Shown here: positions 44,179 through 54,899 of the stretch, piece after piece
Position numbering within the stretch: position 1 is the first letter of the stretch
Layout: every line of letters begins with the position of its first letter
Origin: Zygnema circumcarinatum SAG 698-1b
Lineage: Eukaryota > Plantae > Zygnematophyceae
Direction: 5' to 3'
NCBI GenBank assembly: GCA_037447605.1
Contig: CM074804.1
Span: 4,069,909-4,133,908 of the forward strand
Length of the DNA: 64,000 nt
Program-made: the position numbers and the translations under genes
The notes under the pieces: generated by a model
The model's input: only the letters and a program-made list of their open reading frames with translations
What the model was told of the DNA's origin: nothing
Database searches by the model: none

Positions 44179-47100
44179 ATGCCCAAGGCATGGCCAAAAG
44201 AGAGAAGGTGAGGCGAATTTTGGTTTTCAGAACTTGACTTCGAAGCTGATTCTAACTTTTGAGTATGGAGTATAGCTGGGACATCTTGTGCATGTTACGA
44301 TCAATGCACGTCCATCAAAACCTAGTTCAGTTTCTTCTATCTTGCAGGGGGTTGAAGCGCAGCATGAGATGTGACATTCACGCGCACAGGAACCTCATCA
44401 AGATTCCTTATTGCAATGATCGAGCCGCGTTTGTACAAACAACGAGAGTATTCAATTCATATGTAAAAAGTATGCTACAGGGAAACAATGAGAACCGCAA
44501 TGAAAGATGTGAAGGTCGTAGAGATCAAGATGATGCTCATCTTTTAAGGGCTGAGGCGAGTGTGTTCGGGTTAGACCGGCTGACACGTCCTCCAAGAGAT
44601 GAATACTGCCAGCAGTTCTTTCCAGATTCTTTTGGCAGAGAAGATAGTCATCATGGATTATATGGTGATGGTGAAGGGGTGTTCCAGCATGGACGGAAGA
44701 AATGTTCAAAAGGAAAAGGTAAGCATCTTTCTTCGAGCTATAGGGGAGAATACAATATCATTCGAATGTTAGATTGTGCCTGTAGAAAGAGACTATGATG
44801 TTGTTTGCATGCAAAACCAGACAATTGTAAGGCTGAGCAGCATCTCCTCAATATGTTCAAGCAGGAAAGGTAGGTGGAGTTCGTGTTCTGAAAAGGATGC
44901 AAAATCATTCGTTCCTTTGGCTTTGCTGCAGCGCCTCAGCTGAAATTCTGCATCAAGCCTGCACCGCGATTGACAGCGTGTGAAGAAGGACAACAAGCTG
45001 GGAACGCCTTCCTGAAGGCGCAGCAACTTTTGCCACCTGTCAGCGCACCGAAAGGGAAATCGAAATTTGTGATAAAAGCTGCAAAGCGAGATGCTGCAGT
45101 GGATGATGGAGACCGGACCATGGGGGTGAACGAAGGGGAAGGCGAGAAACATCGATCACTTTTGCATCGTCTTCAGCAACTTACGGAAGAAGCGTCAACA
45201 TCAAGGAGAGATTCGCTTGAGGTGACAGCACGGGTCCTTTACGTTGTATACTCGTAAAGTAAGGTTCTACTTTCCACCGCTCCACGGTGGAGCGGTGGCT
45301 TGCCCGCTGCTGCCGCGCTGCCGTAAGAGGCCTTTGGAGCCAGCGGAGCTGCGGCTGCTGCGGCCGGGTCTGGGCGCAAAGGAACACCACCCCTCCCCAC
45401 CTTTTTGCCTTCTGTCTTTTTTTTTTTGCGTTATGTTGTGAGTAAGATTTCAATACCGGCGTTTCAGCTCAAAAGGTGACTGGATACGAAGTTCTCCTTT
45501 CGGAGCGAAGTTGGCAGCGTGAAGTTAAACAACTGCAGGCTCTTTCTGCCTTTATGCTTTTGACGAACTTGAGTCTTCATACATTATTGATCAGATCACA
45601 ATTGTGCCTGTCTGCCAGCCTCCCTATGAATCTCGTGGAGTTGCAGAGCCGCCTCGAACCCAAACTGAAGAGGATATCGCAGATTTTGTTGTTGAGCTTC
45701 AGGAGGACCAGGTGCGATATTGCTGGACTACGGATGAGAAATATTGGTAGCTTTGATTTTGGAGTTTGTTTTTCTCCAGTTTAAGCCCTGAGGCCCATGA
45801 TGCATGTCGGCGAAAGTTCTGTCTGTTCTTAAGGTTGTTCTTTTTTTTTCTTTGTTCGTTGTTCAAATTATGATCTTCATATTCATTTCATTGATCTCAT
45901 TTGAGATTGGCAGGTCGAGGCAAATTACGCTGAGGTTGCGGAGTCTGCATCACCTTTGTTGCTACAACTAAAGAAAGGGCTCATCTCTAGGGCGGTCCCT
46001 GAAGGGAGTGCAGAAAATGGTCATCTCCTGCGACTTCCAGTGTGAGTAAGTCGGAACTTTCAAAGCTTTTTGCTTGTCTTGTGAATCTGATCCTTAGAAG
46101 AATGTCTTTCAATGCTTACCAAGGCATTCAGTTTCTATAAAAAAGAATGGGTAAGCCCTTTTCATGGGAAAAAGTGCACAGAGAGGATTTGTATTAAACG
46201 ACTGGAATCTGGGTTATGCATTTCGCCATTCGATGTCGGATTTGTAGAACGAGCTTTCAGGCAGCTTTGCATAAAGTGGTGGAAAAGGAGAAGAGGGAGC
46301 GTGCAGCTGCATGCAAAACCATGTCTGCCTCCGATTCTTTTTCAGGTTAGCGATTCTCTGAAGTTACATTTGAAAATTCGGATCCTACCTATGCTTGTTT
46401 CCAGGACTTATTTTCACACAGTCTCTCAACCTTAGAAAGATTGTGTAAAGAGTGGGAGTGTGAAATGACTCAAAGCTGACGGTTATGATGGTGCAACTGC
46501 TGCATTCTAGTAGATATTGCTAGTGAGCCCAGCATCTAGTGTGTCGCCGAAGGCCCGTTAATCTCATGTCGTCGCTCTTGGCGTCGCCTCACTCTTCATT
46601 TGTTGATTTGCCGACTGTAGGAGGATGTGAAATACTGGATGTGCGCATTATAAGGGCGAGCTTGGAGGCCCATATTACCAAATGCCTTTGTGAAGTGCTC
46701 CGTGCTCCGCAGGTATAACCTCACGTTCTGATAACAATCATGGAACTCGATCAAAAAACTGTTGCCTTTTTTTTTAGTATTTTCATTCCTGGCCCCTGTT
46801 TAAGTGTGGCAAGTGTGGAACAACCATATAGAAGTTGAAATCAGTTGTTTGCCATCATGCAGGAGTGGGTCTCCTCTGCTGCGTTTCCACCTACCATTTT
46901 TGTCCTGTTTCCCACTCGGGGCCACTCAGACATCGAGTTCACACCAAATCTCAGTGTCCGCCTTCTCCGTCCGTGGTGCGTCTATCCTGTTTTAAGCTGA
47001 TCTCTAGTAATCGTTGTGAGGCGTGCAGTAGAGTAATCTTCTATTTTAAGTGATGCCAGCTGTCAAGGTTAAAGCCCTGACCATTGCATCTGTTGAGCTG

Positions 47101-47273
47101 GCGCCCTCTGCCTGTCAGCAGTGCAGAAGGCTATGCAGGTTGCTCTGTGCTCTATTGTTGAAGTGCTATGCTTGGATGGGTGACGATTTGTTTGCAGGAG
47201 AGAAGTGCAGATGGCGTCGGACTCCTGGCAGGGGAGGGTTGTGTTGTGCACAACATACGCAGCGGTGTCCTAA
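44179..47273 (+). CDS. SPIDR/DUF4502-like OB-fold protein (about 437 aa, 9 exons)
   Basis: Phase-consistent exon chain: 44179-44207, 44348-44718, 44932-45221, 45595-45711, 45914-46041, 46248-46345, 46621-46712, 46863-46975, 47198-47273. The C-terminus LKKGLISRA...ILDVRIIRASLEAHITKCLCE...IFVLF...DIEFTPNLSVRLLRPWREVQM...VVLCTTY resembles the remembered SPIDR motif (GGLAERL...LTVKIL...IFPPWQKL...ILNTYF). The family call is from memory and the start codon is uncertain. Confidence 0.6.
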
Positions 47274-47735
47274 TGGACGAAATGATGTCGTCCTTTCAAT
47301 CTCAGTTGTCCTTCATATGTTACATTTCCCGTTGTGGTGTTGAACTCTCTGCGTTCTCCCCCTCTCTCGTTTAATTTTCGAGTCTGATATCTTGCATGTC
47401 GTGTCGTCCTCACTTCCCCTCCCCTCCGGTTTTGCTCGCAAACCCCATCGCTTACCTTTTCGCCTTCCTCGTTCGTCCCCCCGTTTTGTCCGGCCTTCCT
47501 TTCGCATGTCTAAAGTAGTGATAATCAACGAATTATTTTTCCGTTAGTTGAATGTGATTGCACCGCCACGTGAAGTTCAAGTGCAATAATCAAACGAGAA
47601 AAAAATTACCAATCAAAAACTGCATTGCTTGACTTTCCTCTATCCGTCCAACAAAGCTAAAACTAAAGGAGCTACGTAGGCTTCCACCCTATCTACCCTC
47701 ACGGCTCCTTCGGAAGGCCGTTTCCCTCCCTCACA

Positions 47736-49947
47736 CTAGGGTTTCGACCCCCCACAGTCAGACCGCAAGTCGACCACGACCACAGTTATGTCGTCAGAAC
47801 TCCCTCTGCTTATGGCCAAAGTGACCAGCATTGAGGTTGCCAATTCTGCCGCCTTAGTGCGGTGGGCCCCCTTTGTGGCAGCGAAGCAGAGGGAGACGGT
47901 TCTGCATGCCCTGTCGTTGGAGATGACGTCCCACAGGCCGTCGCTGGCCAAGACCAGAAACTCGTCTTCTACGTTTCGCGAAATGGAGGTGATCTCCGGG
48001 TGAGGGATAACGAACGGCTTCAAAAAGCGGTCGCCTGCCTGTGAACAGGCGGCTCGGTGAAGGGTGAGGGTTCAGATAATTGAATTGAAGGTGAGTAGCG
48101 CATTGGTCGAATTTTAGCTTACCAATGGCTCGAGAAACAGCCAAGATCCCCATAACGCGATAACCGCCATAGTTCAAGACTTTCCCTCCTGATGACTCAA
48201 TTCTTTGCATCTCGTCAAGCCGCCCGGGCTGCATAGCCATCACAGAGATTCTTTTAGATTCTCAGAAGAAATAGAAGGGGAGCGAGGAGGGGACATAGAA
48301 ATCCTCGTGTTTCGTGTCCGGGACGTAGTCAAATCAGGAGACCATCACCATCAGCACCAGACAAACACTTCTCACCCAAAGTTGTTAAAGCACACAGAAA
48401 GCGATAACTTCCAATCCAAGCTACCCAAAAGGCCAAACTAGGAGACGAAATAGAAGGGAATAACAAAACCCCCAAAACCAGTAAAAATGTCAATCTCAAT
48501 GTCTCAATCAAAAACAATCATCCCCATACTCCTTGTTACTTTGTGATCGGAGGAGAGCGGAATCGCCTGTCCTGCCCGGCAGAGCACAGCCCGTGAGTCG
48601 CCGCAGTTCGCCACAAATATCTCTTTTCTGCTCAAAATCACAACAACTGCAGTGGATCCGACGGTATCGGGCGCAATGGGGGTATGAACTGGCGCCTTCT
48701 CATTGGAGCATTTTACAGCGCACGTGCATGCGCCGTTTACTTCCGCGTCGACTTCCAAAAAGGCGCTCTCCAAAGCTGCTGGAATGAGGGATGTCAGGTC
48801 CCAGTTCTCAGATGTTGCTGCATTCTCTTCCTTACTTGAAACCTCTGAAAGTCTCTCCAGATTCTGCAGAAACACTGAATGGAGCTGCTCGAAACAGAAG
48901 CGTGAAACCTGAACAAAATCAGCACAAAAGAAAAAAGCGTGTCGTACATTTCGCAATCAAGAAACTTTGCCGAAAATTCTGCTTTCGAAAAGCAACACAA
49001 TGATATAAGAAAGAAAGACGAAAATAGAAGCCGAGAGAGAAGGAGAGAGAGACAGAGACAGAGGGAGGTGAGAATTGGAAAGCAAAGACGGAAAAGGGCC
49101 CTTTTCTCGGTACCTGAGAGCCGCCGTGACCGTCGTAAACCCCAAAGGAATGGAGGGGTTCAGAGCCCCCCCCCTCAGCCCCCGCAAGCCCCGTCACTGC
49201 GCGCGCCGCGTCCTCCATCTGCTTCGCCCCTCCGCACATCGCCGCGAGGCCGTACGCGGGGCACCATTCGTTTGTTCTTTCGCAGTGTTCCCAAACTGCT
49301 GTGACATTAGCATTGTCGGCACCGCTACTGTTGTTGTTGTTTTTGTTGTTACTGTTGTTGTTACTGCTGTTGTTGTTACTGTCTTTGCTGAAGCCTCCTC
49401 CGCTTGCTGATCCGATCTCACTCCTCTCACTCGTCTCGCTGCTTGAAGCACCTCCCGTGTCCGTATCCGGGCCTGCAGGCACAAGCTCTTTTCCGAAAAG
49501 TCGTATTTTCGACGAATGGTTCGACGGAATCTTCTGAAAACCAGCCTCCACGACTTCCCCTCCGTCTTTCAAAAAACCCAAAAGATTATTCTCCAAAAGG
49601 GAAGAGGACGAAGAAGCAGCTTCGGCGTTGGGATTTCTCCGCTTTGAGTCTTTCTTCCTCCTCTCCTTCTCTCCTTCTTGCTCCCCATCACCTCCGTCCT
49701 CTCTTCCTTTTCCTGCTCCTCCTTCCCTTCCTTCTCCTCCTCCTCCTCCTCCCTCTTCCGCATGGGGCCGTTTCTTTCCAATATAGAGAGATTTTGGGTG
49801 TTTGGGAGCGGTATTAACTGAATTAAAATTCGCATTTGAAACGGAAAATGAGTTTGAAGTTTGAACAATATCTTCTACCTCTCCTTCCTTGGCAGTCGCA
49901 CCCATGTCCGCCGACCTGCAGTCGCGGTCTGACACGAGAGTCGTCAT
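47736..49947 (-). CDS. Protein phosphatase 2C, clade A (ABI1/HAB-like) type, with a long low-complexity N-terminus
   Basis: Exons give YGLAAMCGGAKQMED, FGVYDGHGGSQ, IAPDTVGSTAVV...VANCGDSRAVLCR...[57 protein letters not shown] and SDDITVVVVDLR. Confidence 0.92.
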
Positions 49948-50306
49948 CTTCCTTTTTTTTAGAAAATGATTTCCGGATTCCTTCAGTTTAAATTACATAT
50001 TGAATGTGGGAATCCGCGGATCAGCACATTCCAGATTCGAGATGAGGGAGGTCCTGCAAAGATAGGGAGCAGTTAGTGAGATTATCTCTCAAAGGGAGAG
50101 GAGGGGTCATATACGGTGATGGTTGAGCGCGAGGAGAGGTCGTAAGAGAGACATTCCCCCGCCGCCATCTTTATTTGATGCTAAGAGTGAAAAAAAACTT
50201 TTGCCGGAAGGAGCGGTTGCGAAGAAGTGCGAGCATGGTGAGCGAGAGAGAGAGGGGGGGGGGAGAGAGAGAGAAAGAAATAGAGAGAGAGCGGGAGAGG
50301 GGGGGG

Positions 50307-50337
<31 letters not shown>

Positions 50338-50399
50338 GGGGAGGGGGAGAGAGAGAGAGAGGGCGGTGGGCAAGGCGGCTGGCGAGCGGCAGCGCAACA

Positions 50400-50900
50400 G
50401 CAGACCGCCGCCGGCCGTCCGCCGACACTCGCGCCACGTGGCTGCCCCGCCCCTCCTCGCGGGAGGAGTGCGCTCAGTGCGAGTACCTCGCGCAGAGGGG
50501 TACCTTTAGCGACCGAAGTACGCGTTCGGGATCGGGATATTGATTCCACGTGTCGCGCGCAGGCTGCATGCAGGCGGCACAAATTCTTCCTCGTCGGGGT
50601 CGCCGCGGTGGGTCAACTCGTGGACCCGCGCGCCCATCGATCGCACGCGCGGTGGATCCGTGGACTGTGGGCTGAATTTGACGTGGCGGCACCCTGACGT
50701 GCCACGTGGAAACGAAACGCACATGTACAGATCTGTCAAATAACCAAGCTCCACGTGGTAGAGGAAAGCCTCGAGCTGACTTTTGGCGGAACGGCACGTG
50801 CCGCACGAGCGGAGGGGAAAAAGCGCCGGGAAGTGAACCGCCATGCGCCACGTGGAGGAGGTCTTGTCGTTTAGGACGCTGCCAGGGGATGGCGGGCGGC
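50400..50900 (-). promoter_or_regulatory. ABRE/G-box cluster upstream of the PP2C gene
   Basis: GCCACGTGGC at 50433, CCACGTGTC at 50546, TGACGTGGC at 50679, TGACGTGCCACGTGG at 50695, CCACGTGG at 50751, GCACGTG at about 50794 and GCCACGTGG at about 50848. Confidence 0.7.
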
Positions 50901-51264
50901 AGAGATATTTTGAAGGCGGCTGGGCGGCAGAAGGTGCATGGGGAGGGGCGCCGACCTGGAAGTGAATCTGCGGGTCCACCGAACGGCCACCGAAAGAGAT
51001 GGCCGAGCGGGGGTTCAACCGGAGCGGCGGCGGGTCAACCGGAGCCGGTGAAAATGGGGTACAACCCCAACAAGGGACTATTGCAAACCCAAAACAGCGA
51101 CGACTGAAAACCGGTCCAGAAGTTAGAAACCGGCCGCGTCTGGTTTTGGGCCTCCCCGGCATCATGGTGCATGTGCGCACGGTGGAGCCATCCATGGCGG
51201 GTGTACGGACATACGGACTCTTGCGAGAGTTGGTCGAGCCTGACGCGAAAATGTAGAATTGGCA

Positions 51265-51468
51265 TTGCTCGATGTCGAGATGGCGACGCCGTCAATTAAT
51301 TGGCATGGACAAAGTCAATAAGTAGAACCAGTGTGAACGGATCACAAATGACTTATAAAAATGTAAGGAAGGCTATGGGCACATTTGCTGCTTCTGTGCC
51401 ATCACGTCACGTTTTTATTTCATGCAATGCTAAACAGGTAACAAGTGGGATGTGGCATTGATCTCACA
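51265..51468 (+). repeat. Dispersed repeat family A: a diverged copy plus a second core truncated by the CCATTGG element
   Basis: GGCATTG...GATGGCGACGCCGTCAA...CATGGACAAAGTC at about 51268, and GGTAACAAGTGGGATGTGGCATTGATCTCAC at about 51437-67. Confidence 0.6.
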
Positions 51469-51471
51469 AAA

Positions 51472-51858
51472 CAGGTCGGACCATTGGATCGACCATTGGA
51501 ATGTTTGCCAGTCATTGGTTCCAATGATTGTCACGGTTGGTTCGGCACCCCGATTGGTTGGCTGAGCCCATTTTTGGTAGCGTTTCCAGCCATTGCCAAT
51601 GGTAGGCAGCCATTTGATGCATCCAATGGTTGGTACCATTTCAATGGTTGAACGATTGAACTCAATGATTGCAAACCATTGGCAATTGTTCGAACCATTG
51701 GTGAGGAACACAAGCAACATTGGCAATGGTTCGGAGCATTGGTTCCATTGGTTGGTGGACCCCGCCGATCATCAGCAATGGTTCAAACCATCTGTCTGCC
51801 AATTCGTTGCCAACCACTGGCAATGGCTAAGAACTTGGCGACCCCATGGTCTGACCTG
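51472..51858. mobile_element. Small TIR element filled with CCATTGG/CAATGG motifs (MITE-like, hAT-like CAG ends)
   Basis: The left end CAGGTCGGACCATTGG pairs with the right-end reverse complement CAGGTCAGACCATGGG. The interior is a degenerate array of CCATTG/CAATGG. No clean target-site duplication. Confidence 0.55.
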
Positions 51859-52390
51859 CACAATCTCGGGCTGCACCCATTGTACTCAACCGCAGGCTCA
51901 TCACAGTAAACATCAGACCAGCTGAATGTAGGGATATGTGAACTATATTTTGTTTCTTCGTTTTTTCTCAGATTGGGGCCTGCCACCGCAGCTGAGGCTT
52001 AGCGGACTTTTGGAACCAACAGACAATCAGAGTACAATAACTCATACCGTCGTATAAAGCATTTCTCCAGATCACCACTATGCGTTTCTACGTTCTTCGA
52101 ATCACACTCTCAATGCCAGATTATTTGGAATGAAATTAAAGTTACTGCCCGTCAATTCAAAGCTCAAAGAATAACGCAGGGAGCTCTACATACCTCAGCA
52201 GGCTATTCGTTCAGATACTTAACCTACCTCGAACAAAGAATTGTATACATATTTTTTACAAGTCACCTTCATCTGTGCTGTGTTCAATTAACCTAAATTA
52301 TCCGTTTTAGGAAGGAGTACATCCATGACTGCATTTTTTGATGACAAGCAGGCTCCGGCCCCCCGTCAAGTGATCCCTTATCCTTCACTC

Positions 52391-53746
52391 TTACTTTCTA
52401 GGTCGGCCGCTTTGAACTGCACTGGCTAAACTTCCTCCCTTGGCTGCATCGTCTGCACTCCCTCTCTCACCGTCTGGAAGAGCCTGCAAGCTGGTCCCTC
52501 CCCCTCCTCTAATTCGAGCTCCAGGAGTTCCTGTCAAAGTCTCTCCCCGGAGAGCTGCTTTATAGCGGTCCTCTGTATCTTGTTGGCTCTGTATCTCGTG
52601 AAGCAGTTGTTCCAATCTTTCATTGTTCATACGTGCCATAACCTGCACAGAAGAGGAAAGTCATTGGTCTAATCAAACATTGCTGAACTTTGATGCAGAC
52701 GCCCGCAGTCCAAGCTAGTCCATAGATACTTTACATGAAGAATAGCAGGAATGCCATTCATTTACTTGCTATGTTTGTTGTTGAGCAAGAAAAAAGGGCA
52801 ATTGTTCGCAAGAATGAAGCAGCAAGCCGAGCAAGTTTATACTAATAAGCTTGTCTTTTCAGCGCCCCGATTCCAAGCAGACTGACGACAGCCTTGAAAG
52901 CCGTCTAGGGTTTCCGACGAGCGAATACCTTTGCCTTCAACTGTGCATACGAAGACCATACTGACGACGATCATTAGAAATGCACCTGGAAAAACTTTCA
53001 GACACAGAGGAACAAAAGTGCAGCTCATTCCTTTTAAAACTGGGACTTGCGATGAATATTCTTCTGTGCCTTATGCCAGGAGGGTCCGGACGCGTCTCGT
53101 TTGACGATGAGCACAACAGAAGTTTGTCAAGATGCATTGATACGTTTCTTACTCGAGTTGATAGAACGAGCGAGGACAAGTTCGTCAGGAAGTCCGGCGG
53201 GAGATACTATGCTGGTGGTGATTTCAGCTGATCGGGTTCTCCAATCCTATTCAAGTACCAAGTCTTCCAAGGCACTCTGAACTTCCTAAGGCAGACAAAA
53301 TTACACGTAAACCCTTGCGCTTGCTACAATGTCGAATATCCTCGCTGCTTAGAAGTGCATGGCTTTAAGCTTCTTCCGCGATATAAGCTTCTGAAAGCAA
53401 CCTCAGCATTCATGCAATAACAAGGGTCTCAAGTCCGGTGCAGAGCACCAAGTAAACCAGAAGCCGAATCTCCAACTATTCTTAAATCTTCCAGGAGATG
53501 AGGTTCGAGCGCTTCTGGAAGCTTGAAGAAACTCACCGCTCCATCCATCCGCCCCCCTCTGAGCTGCCGCTTCCGCCGCTCCACCTCCTCGTCGGTCATC
53601 GGATTGGTGGCATTCTGAGTAAGCTGCGCCGCGGCCCAGGGGAGCGCCACGCAGGCCACTCCGAAGGCGGCGTAGAAGCCCCGCGACTCCCTGCTGCGCT
53701 GCACGATCCAGCGCCACGTGGCGCTCCGTGCGTACAGGAACGCCAT
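52391..53746 (-). CDS. Uncharacterised small single-TM protein of a conserved plant family (about 153 aa, 2 exons)
   Basis: Exon 53746-53537 gives MAFLYARSATWRWIVQRSRESRGFYAAFGVACVALPWAAAQLTQNATN.... Exon 52642-52391 gives VMARMNNERLEQLLHEIQSQQDTEDRYKAALRGETLT. This resembles a remembered plant family with ..NRERLAE.LGELQRKEDTNDRY.AALRGETLT. Confidence 0.75.
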
Positions 53747-53789
53747 GGCTACCTCCCACTTCCCCTCTGCGCTGAACAACGGGTCGCCT

Positions 53790-53791
53790 GG

Positions 53792-53837
<46 letters not shown>

Positions 53838-53857
53838 AGCATGGGCATGGGCATGAG

Positions 53858-53939
<82 letters not shown>

Positions 53940-53993
53940 AGCATGGGCATGGGCATGGGCATGGGCATGAGCATGGGCATGGGCATGGGCATG
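53790..53993 (-). repeat. (CCCATG)34 hexamer tandem repeat with four CTCATG variant units, just upstream of the small gene's ATG
   Basis: Seen directly: 204 bp of GGCATG on the + strand. Confidence 0.97.
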
Positions 53994-54045
53994 GGAAACA
54001 AACAAGTACCCATGGGCCGTGGCCAGAGCGGCAGTTGCACTATAA

Positions 54046-54504
54046 GGGTGGGGTTCCATCAGCCCGTTATTCCGACGTGGCGTCGTAATGGACGACGACC
54101 CATGGGTTCCATGAGGCCGTTTCCGCCAACGTGGCGCCGACGTGGCTGCCACGTGGTAACGAGGCACCGTTCCACAGGATGCTGCTCGGGAGGTGGTGTA
54201 ACGCGATTACGACCATTCGCGTGCCGCCATGTGGCTACTAAAGATACGCCAGCGTGCGACTGCCACGCTGGCTGGAAGCCGTCAACGCTCGGTGACCGCC
54301 GGTCGTGGTCGCAGGTCGCAACAAAGTGGGGGCGACACGCGTACGGTAACCGCGGTGGGCCACGGCGGACGCTTCAAATCGTGCACGTGGCGATCGCTGA
54401 TTGGAAAACGGCGTTTTGATGGAACTCGTCATTTTATCTGCAAAACGGCGTCCTACGTGGCCCGTAACGAGCTCGTTACGAAACGGGCTGATGGAACCCC
54501 ACCC
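54046..54504. mobile_element. Tourist/PIF-Harbinger-like MITE 1 (459 bp)
   Basis: Perfect 23-bp TIR GGGTGGGGTTCCATCAGCCCGTT, with TAA on both flanks (54043-45 and 54505-07). No transposase ORF. Confidence 0.88.
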
Positions 54505-54507
54505 TAA

Positions 54508-54851
54508 GGGTGGGGTTCCATCAGCGTTTTTTCGCCGACGTGGAGGTACAGGCGTAGTTTTGGAGGATGATGTGGCGCCGTCGTGGCGCCGACTAGGACC
54601 GACGTGGAGGTACAGGCGTAGTTCCCCCAGAAAGCCCCTGAGGGCAATTCCCCAGAACTACGCCTGAGTTTTCCAATCGTGCGCCGCCGCGTGGCGTTGA
54701 AGATCCGTTCGAGATGCCACGGGGGTACGGCGGCCACGCTGATTGGCGTCCGCTGATTGGCTCGCGCGACCTCTGATGGAACCCGCAATTCTCCCTTCAT
54801 GACTCATGATCCGATGTGGCGGTACAGGCAAACGCTGATGGAAACCCACCC
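54508..54851. mobile_element. Tourist/PIF-Harbinger-like MITE 2 (344 bp), tandem to MITE 1 and sharing its TAA
   Basis: TIR GGGTGGG(G/T)TTCCATCAGCGTTT (22 bp, 1 mismatch), with TAA at 54505-07 and 54852-54. It has an internal direct repeat CGACGTGGAGGTACAGGCGTAGTT (x2) and a 12-bp inverted repeat. Confidence 0.88.
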
Positions 54852-54899
54852 TAACTAACACGTTTTGCCTTTTTACCCTTGCTAGTGGTTTTGATTGTT

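Noticed and set aside
44050-44207. In-frame TGA in MSVQNGSFLQSGR*RLFAKSNK... as possible selenocysteine
   Set aside because: There is no redox motif around the TGA, no SECIS was seen, and this frame hits a stop soon after the next splice.
45180-45711. bHLH-like reading of the 44-47 kb gene
   Set aside because: It lacks a basic region and the required helix residues, and the alternative frame stops in the next exon. The phase-consistent chain supports a SPIDR-like C-terminus instead.
51472-51858. Possible CRISPR-like array (recurring CCATTGG motifs)
   Set aside because: There are no constant-length repeats with unique spacers and no cas genes, and the context is eukaryotic.
52937-53231. 80-83 aa ORFs inside the intron of the small membrane-protein gene
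   Set aside because: They have no motifs or homology that I recognise, and their length is compatible with chance.
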